From Pseudomonadota bacterium (lineage in GTDB: Bacteria; Bdellovibrionota_B; Oligoflexia; Oligoflexales; RGVZ01): 39,664 bases of DNA. A program made the position numbers and the translations under genes. The DNA lies in the NCBI GenBank assembly GCA_041178085.1, contig JBEGVZ010000022.1:1-39664 (forward strand), read 5' to 3'. Shown here piece by piece: positions 35,808-39,664 of this stretch (position 1 is the first letter of the stretch; each line of letters opens with the position of its first letter). Under the pieces are notes generated by a model. That model searched no databases and was not told where the DNA came from. It saw only the letters and a program-made list of their open reading frames with translations.

Positions 35808-35848
35808 ACCTCTCGACCGGGAATTGATCACCGGCCGGGAGGTTTTTT
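35808..35848 (+). terminator. Intrinsic terminator-like hairpin overlapping the SD of the next gene
   Basis: ACCTCTCGACCGG pairs with CCGGCCGGGAGGT (one mismatch, one G-U), followed by a T run and then the ATG at 35849. Confidence 0.6.
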
Positions 35849-37861
35849 ATGTTGTCAGCCAGTCGCAAACGCCACTTATTCCGCGCTTTGTTCGTCGCCT
35901 CACTGCCAGTGACCGCAGGTTTCCTGTTGTACTCCTGCTCGCCCGCTGGCAGTGGTGGTCGCCACGATCCTTTCGCACGGTTGCGCGAGGCGTGGGATGC
36001 GGCGAACGACCCCGGCTTGATGCTTGGGGAACCCAAGCCCATGCGTGAGCTTCTGTCGCGCAAGTTTTTGCAGGGCGAATCGTCCGCACCCTGGAGCGAT
36101 TCCTACTGGCCCCTGCAATCCGCAGGCGTTGCCGACCGGTGGATCGACACGGAGGCATTTCCTCCTTTTGAAATCGCAGGGGATCCAGAAGACGACAATC
36201 GTGAAGCCTACGACCAGGAGAGTGGTCGTGCGATTGACGCCGCAATAATCGCGGCCCGCCAATTGGCAGCCGGGGGATGGCTAAAGTCGTGGGGAGTCTC
36301 GCCGGCCGAGAAATATGACATTGCATCCGGTAACTCCGATTTTGCTCTGACACGCAGCGAACTTGAGGGTTACGCAGGCAATCGCTGGACTTATGAAAAA
36401 GATGAGATTCCGTGGGGCTGGATGGGTCATTGCCACGGATGGGCTCAGGCCAGCATTGCCCTGCCGGCGCCCCGTCACAGTGTCCTGGCCAAAAACCGCC
36501 GCACCGGCCAGTCGGTCCTCATGACCGAGGGCGACGTGCGGGCGCTGCTGACTAAAATCGCGTCCGATAACGGCACGGTGGAACAGAACCGTTTTGCTGG
36601 AACAAGGTGCGAGGACAGGGATTCCGACATTCCGCGGGATAGAAATCAGCGGATCGTTGACGCTGCGCTTGGTGTCTGGGATGACGAAGCGCACGCGCTT
36701 GTTCGTGAGAAACGGGCATCCTTCCGCGCAATTTTCCACAGCCGCTTTGATGGTGGCAATCAGGGTGCCGCGCCGTGGGCTGTCTTGCAGAGGATCAGCC
36801 CTGCCGCTGATCAGCCAGTGAATCCCGCCGCAGCGGATCTGATCTGGGTTCAAGGGATCGACTGGATCGACTGGCAACGGCAAGTGGTATCACCAGTGGT
36901 GTATTCCGTGCGCGCTGCCAGCAACAATTCGGGCGATAACCAGGGGACTGTACGCCCTGACCTTGTGCTGTGGGCTGCGGACAGAAAGCTCGTTGGCCGC
37001 GTCCTTGGGGATGACGGTGAGTGGGTTCGTGGGTCAAACGGTCGTATTCTGGTCCGCCAAGAGGAGGCGGATGCTGCGTGGCGCGCGGTGATGGGTGAAT
37101 CCATCGCACGTGCTTCAAACGCCAACCGAGATACATTTGCCTTCAAGTCTTACAAGGAGTGTCGCGACATCAATCCAGCGACCTTCCATACGACTCTTGT
37201 GAACTGGCTGGGTGGCAGGCGATCCAGAACGGGCAGTGCGATCCCGGCACGGGGTTTCGTGATCGATCTGACGCGAACAGAGCAAGTGTGGAATCAAGGA
37301 TTGTGGCGCTACGAAAGCAAGGCTGGCGAGCCAACGCCCCTTGAAATCCGTCAGGAAGATGGCGCCATTCGTGATCCATTCGCACCAGCACGTGCAAGGG
37401 GCACGGCGCAGATTGTTGATTTCGTCACCCGCGTTGACTTCGGTGTCGAGAATGGTCCGTTCATTAATTACTCCCCGGACGATGAAATTTCCCGTCACGA
37501 AGTTTTCCGTTACACGCTTGAGTTTGATGCCGATGGAAAACTTCTGGGTGGAGAATGGCATGGGCTTGCCAGTGATGAAGCCAAGCCTTTGTCTGGCACG
37601 GCACTCTTGAAGGACTTGAATGATCAGGCTAGTGGCGACGGTTACCGCTGGCAACAGGCCCCGGACTTTATTTGGGGCGTTGCTGCCGCATCGGGAAACT
37701 CCCTTCGATTTCGCGATAGTAGCGTGCTCCGGGCCAGTGTGGTCGAGGCGATCCATCGTTGCAGCCTGAATGCTGGAAATGACGACTTGATGGAGACATC
37801 CCTGCCAATTTCAGGTGCAGATCCCGTTAAGGTGAAGTACGTTCCCTGCGAGATTGAATGA
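35849..37861 (+). CDS. GP42/transglutaminase-elicitor family lipoprotein
   Basis: Lipobox-like LLYSC; PWSDSYWP...GVADRW, SPAEKYD, WMGHCHGWA (catalytic Cys), CRDINPATFH, QVWN, YTLEFD...GGEW and PDFIW. Confidence 0.8.
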   Translation: MLSASRKRHLFRALFVASLPVTAGFLLYSCSPAGSGGRHDPFARLREAWDAANDPGLMLGEPKPMRELLSRKFLQGESSAPWSDSYWPLQSAGVADRWIDTEAFPPFEIAGDPEDDNREAYDQESGRAIDAAIIAARQLAAGGWLKSWGVSPAEKYDIASGNSDFALTRSELEGYAGNRWTYEKDEIPWGWMGHCHGWAQASIALPAPRHSVLAKNRRTGQSVLMTEGDVRALLTKIASDNGTVEQNRFAGTRCEDRDSDIPRDRNQRIVDAALGVWDDEAHALVREKRASFRAIFHSRFDGGNQGAAPWAVLQRISPAADQPVNPAAADLIWVQGIDWIDWQRQVVSPVVYSVRAASNNSGDNQGTVRPDLVLWAADRKLVGRVLGDDGEWVRGSNGRILVRQEEADAAWRAVMGESIARASNANRDTFAFKSYKECRDINPATFHTTLVNWLGGRRSRTGSAIPARGFVIDLTRTEQVWNQGLWRYESKAGEPTPLEIRQEDGAIRDPFAPARARGTAQIVDFVTRVDFGVENGPFINYSPDDEISRHEVFRYTLEFDADGKLLGGEWHGLASDEAKPLSGTALLKDLNDQASGDGYRWQQAPDFIWGVAAASGNSLRFRDSSVLRASVVEAIHRCSLNAGNDDLMETSLPISGADPVKVKYVPCEIE

Positions 37862-38526
37862 GTTTCTGGGAGCAATGCAGGATGCTGAAAATCACCAATA
37901 ACCTCAGGGCCGCCATCGTTTATGTTGCGGCGGCCTTTTTCTCTGCAACATTTCATGGTGCCGTGGTACGCGCTGAATCAGCTTACCCGGAACAGGCAAA
38001 GTACGAGGGAAGACAGCTGGCAGATATAAAGCTGCTCAATGTTGATGGCAAAGCGTTGCATTTGAAGAAGGATGCTGCGTTTGCCGGTAAGCCGCTCGTA
38101 CTGATACCTGTTTTCACCAGCTGCCCAGTCACCTGTCCGACCATCCTGAAGGAATTCGAATTGGCATGGACGGACTACGCGAAGGCCCTCGCACCTGCCG
38201 GGGCGCGTGTTGTGGTGGTCAGTTTTGATCCGGGCGATACCAGGAAAGGCTTCAAGTCGCTGCTCGCCCGCCAGAAACTGCCGGCAGATTGGGTTTACGG
38301 TGTTGCGGCATCGAAAAGCGATTTCAAAAGGCTTGAAGCCATGTTGGCCGACTTTGATTTCCGTTATGTAAGGCTCAAGGGTCAGGGTGGGGGCTTTGCC
38401 CATCCGGCAGGAGCCTATATCCTTGATGGTGAGGGCAAGGTGCGTCGCTTCCTGGCGCAGGCCGAGTTCTCCAAGGATGACCTGACAAATGCTTTCGCAA
38501 GCCCAAAGCGTATGGAGCAGCGCTGA
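37858..38526 (+). CDS. SCO1/SenC family protein
   Basis: FTSCPVTCP (CxxxC), VSFDPGDT and conserved His in FAHPAGAYILDGEG; ATGA overlap with the upstream stop. The start could be 37882. Confidence 0.88.
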   Translation: MSFWEQCRMLKITNNLRAAIVYVAAAFFSATFHGAVVRAESAYPEQAKYEGRQLADIKLLNVDGKALHLKKDAAFAGKPLVLIPVFTSCPVTCPTILKEFELAWTDYAKALAPAGARVVVVSFDPGDTRKGFKSLLARQKLPADWVYGVAASKSDFKRLEAMLADFDFRYVRLKGQGGGFAHPAGAYILDGEGKVRRFLAQAEFSKDDLTNAFASPKRMEQR

Positions 38527-39664
38527 ACCCTGGGACGGCCAGACCTGGTCGTGGGACTGGGACTTTTTCATCTCGTCGGCACGTGCCCTGCGTATTTACC
38601 TCTACGATCACGGCACAATTCCCCTCTGGAATTTATTCGTGTGCGGTGGGCAGCCTGAACTGCCCAACCCCCAGAGTTTTGCCCTGACATGGCCGTCCTT
38701 GTTCATTTATCTTTTTCCGCCGGCAGTGGCGATCATGATGCTTTGGCTGGTGATGTCCGTGGTTGGCGCCTGGTCCACGGCGGGTTTGTTACGCCTTTCC
38801 GGTGTTTCCCGGGCGATCTCTTGGATTTTCTCGTTGGCATTGGTTTTCTCCGGCTATTTCGGTGCCCATTTCAATCAAGGGCATGCGACGTTCGCATTCT
38901 TTCATCTGATTCCTTTGGTTGCCTTCGCGGCGGTGCGGGATCTGGAGCGAAAGTCTACAGGGAAACAAGGTAACGGACTTCTTGCCTGGCCGGTGGTTTT
39001 CGCCAGTTTCCTGCTTTTTTCTGCCCCGTCAGTGCAGGCGCTCGTTTATGGTTTCCCCCTGCTTCTTGTCTTGTGGATCGCATTCCGGGCTCCGATGCGG
39101 ACCTTGGTGTCCATGTTGATTGGCATGATGCTGGCTTCCTACAAATTCATGCCCGTTTTGTTCCAGTCTCTTGCGCGCAAACGGCCAGACATATTCTTGG
39201 AGGCCTATCCGCCCTCCATTTTGCAGAAAACCCTTTTCACTTTCGTGTCGCAGCCGGAGTTGATGTGGGAGAGCTACCAACATCCGTGGCGATTTTACGG
39301 ATGGTGGGAGTATGCGGCCTTTATCAGTCCGGTCCTCATGCTGTGCGGGATATGTGGCATTTTCATGTTGCCACAAAGGCGTGACAAGTTGCTTGTGTCC
39401 GGGGTCATTTTGATGCTGGCGGGCGCGATCTTGGCGCTCGGGAATGGTTTCTGGGTAGAGCGTTTCGGGATGGTCCCGTTCATCCGCTCGGTCCGTGTAT
39501 TTCCGCGTTTCCAGTTTTTGCTGCTCACGGGGGCAACGTGGGTAGGGGCTTTGTTTGCCCAGCAGTGTTGGAATTGGTTGGCCATGCGCAAAGCCTTGCC
39601 TGTTGTATTGCGGCAAAGTTCCCTCATGGGTTTGGTGTTGGCTGCCTTGGTCGCCCTCCCCTCG
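38489..39664 (+). CDS. Polytopic membrane protein, GT-C/YfhO-like glycosyltransferase (3' end beyond the window)
   Basis: Absent from the ORF track; translated by hand. ATG at 38489, open to the window end: WDWDFF...GTIPLWNLFVCGGQPELPNPQS, many TM segments, GH motif (FNQGH), WWEY and SVRVFPRF. Confidence 0.75.
   Translation, partial: MLSQAQSVWSSAEPWDGQTWSWDWDFFISSARALRIYLYDHGTIPLWNLFVCGGQPELPNPQSFALTWPSLFIYLFPPAVAIMMLWLVMSVVGAWSTAGLLRLSGVSRAISWIFSLALVFSGYFGAHFNQGHATFAFFHLIPLVAFAAVRDLERKSTGKQGNGLLAWPVVFASFLLFSAPSVQALVYGFPLLLVLWIAFRAPMRTLVSMLIGMMLASYKFMPVLFQSLARKRPDIFLEAYPPSILQKTLFTFVSQPELMWESYQHPWRFYGWWEYAAFISPVLMLCGICGIFMLPQRRDKLLVSGVILMLAGAILALGNGFWVERFGMVPFIRSVRVFPRFQFLLLTGATWVGALFAQQCWNWLAMRKALPVVLRQSSLMGLVLAALVALPS

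Noticed and set aside
38689..39627. Short track ORFs at the right end (38689-38973, 39029-39616, 39073-39384 and others)
   Set aside because: They are out-of-frame or antisense to the long membrane-protein frame starting at 38489.

Overview
This is a gene-dense, GC-rich (roughly 55-60% by eye) stretch of bacterial chromosome. I found no rRNA, tRNA, CRISPR array, IS element or prophage. The gene content (PlsB, PilZ, CpoB-LysM-DprA-Smg-TopA, AsmA, several orphan lipoproteins, a GP42-type transglutaminase) suggests a deltaproteobacterium-like or Bdellovibrionota (Oligoflexia-like) organism; that assignment is inference only. Most genes are housekeeping or envelope genes: cutA, dtd, folE, a Sua5/YciO protein, lipB, ctpA, rodZ, panC, plsB, rsgA, an acyl-CoA dehydrogenase, dprA, smg, topA and a CBS-less GMP reductase/IMPDH. 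Two genes missing from the ORF track run off the window ends: a secreted tandem-DUF1036-like protein (<1..596, minus strand, with a sigma54-type promoter) and a GT-C/YfhO-like membrane protein (38489..>39664). The strongest candidate for something undescribed is a ~280-nt non-coding element between rodZ and panC. It is highly structured, has G-U polarity favouring the + strand, contains a multi-way junction and a GAAA tetraloop, and carries six ANGGA motifs; it leads a CoA/acyl-CoA-themed operon. Other candidates are a transglutaminase-SCO-GT-C operon, a TPR lipoprotein-CtpA pair, an orphan CpaF/TadA ATPase next to two lipoproteins (one with a glycine zipper and a prion-like N/Q/Y tail), a degenerate EEP-fold protein, and a ~1540-aa lipoprotein with 14 propeller blades nested inside another domain.
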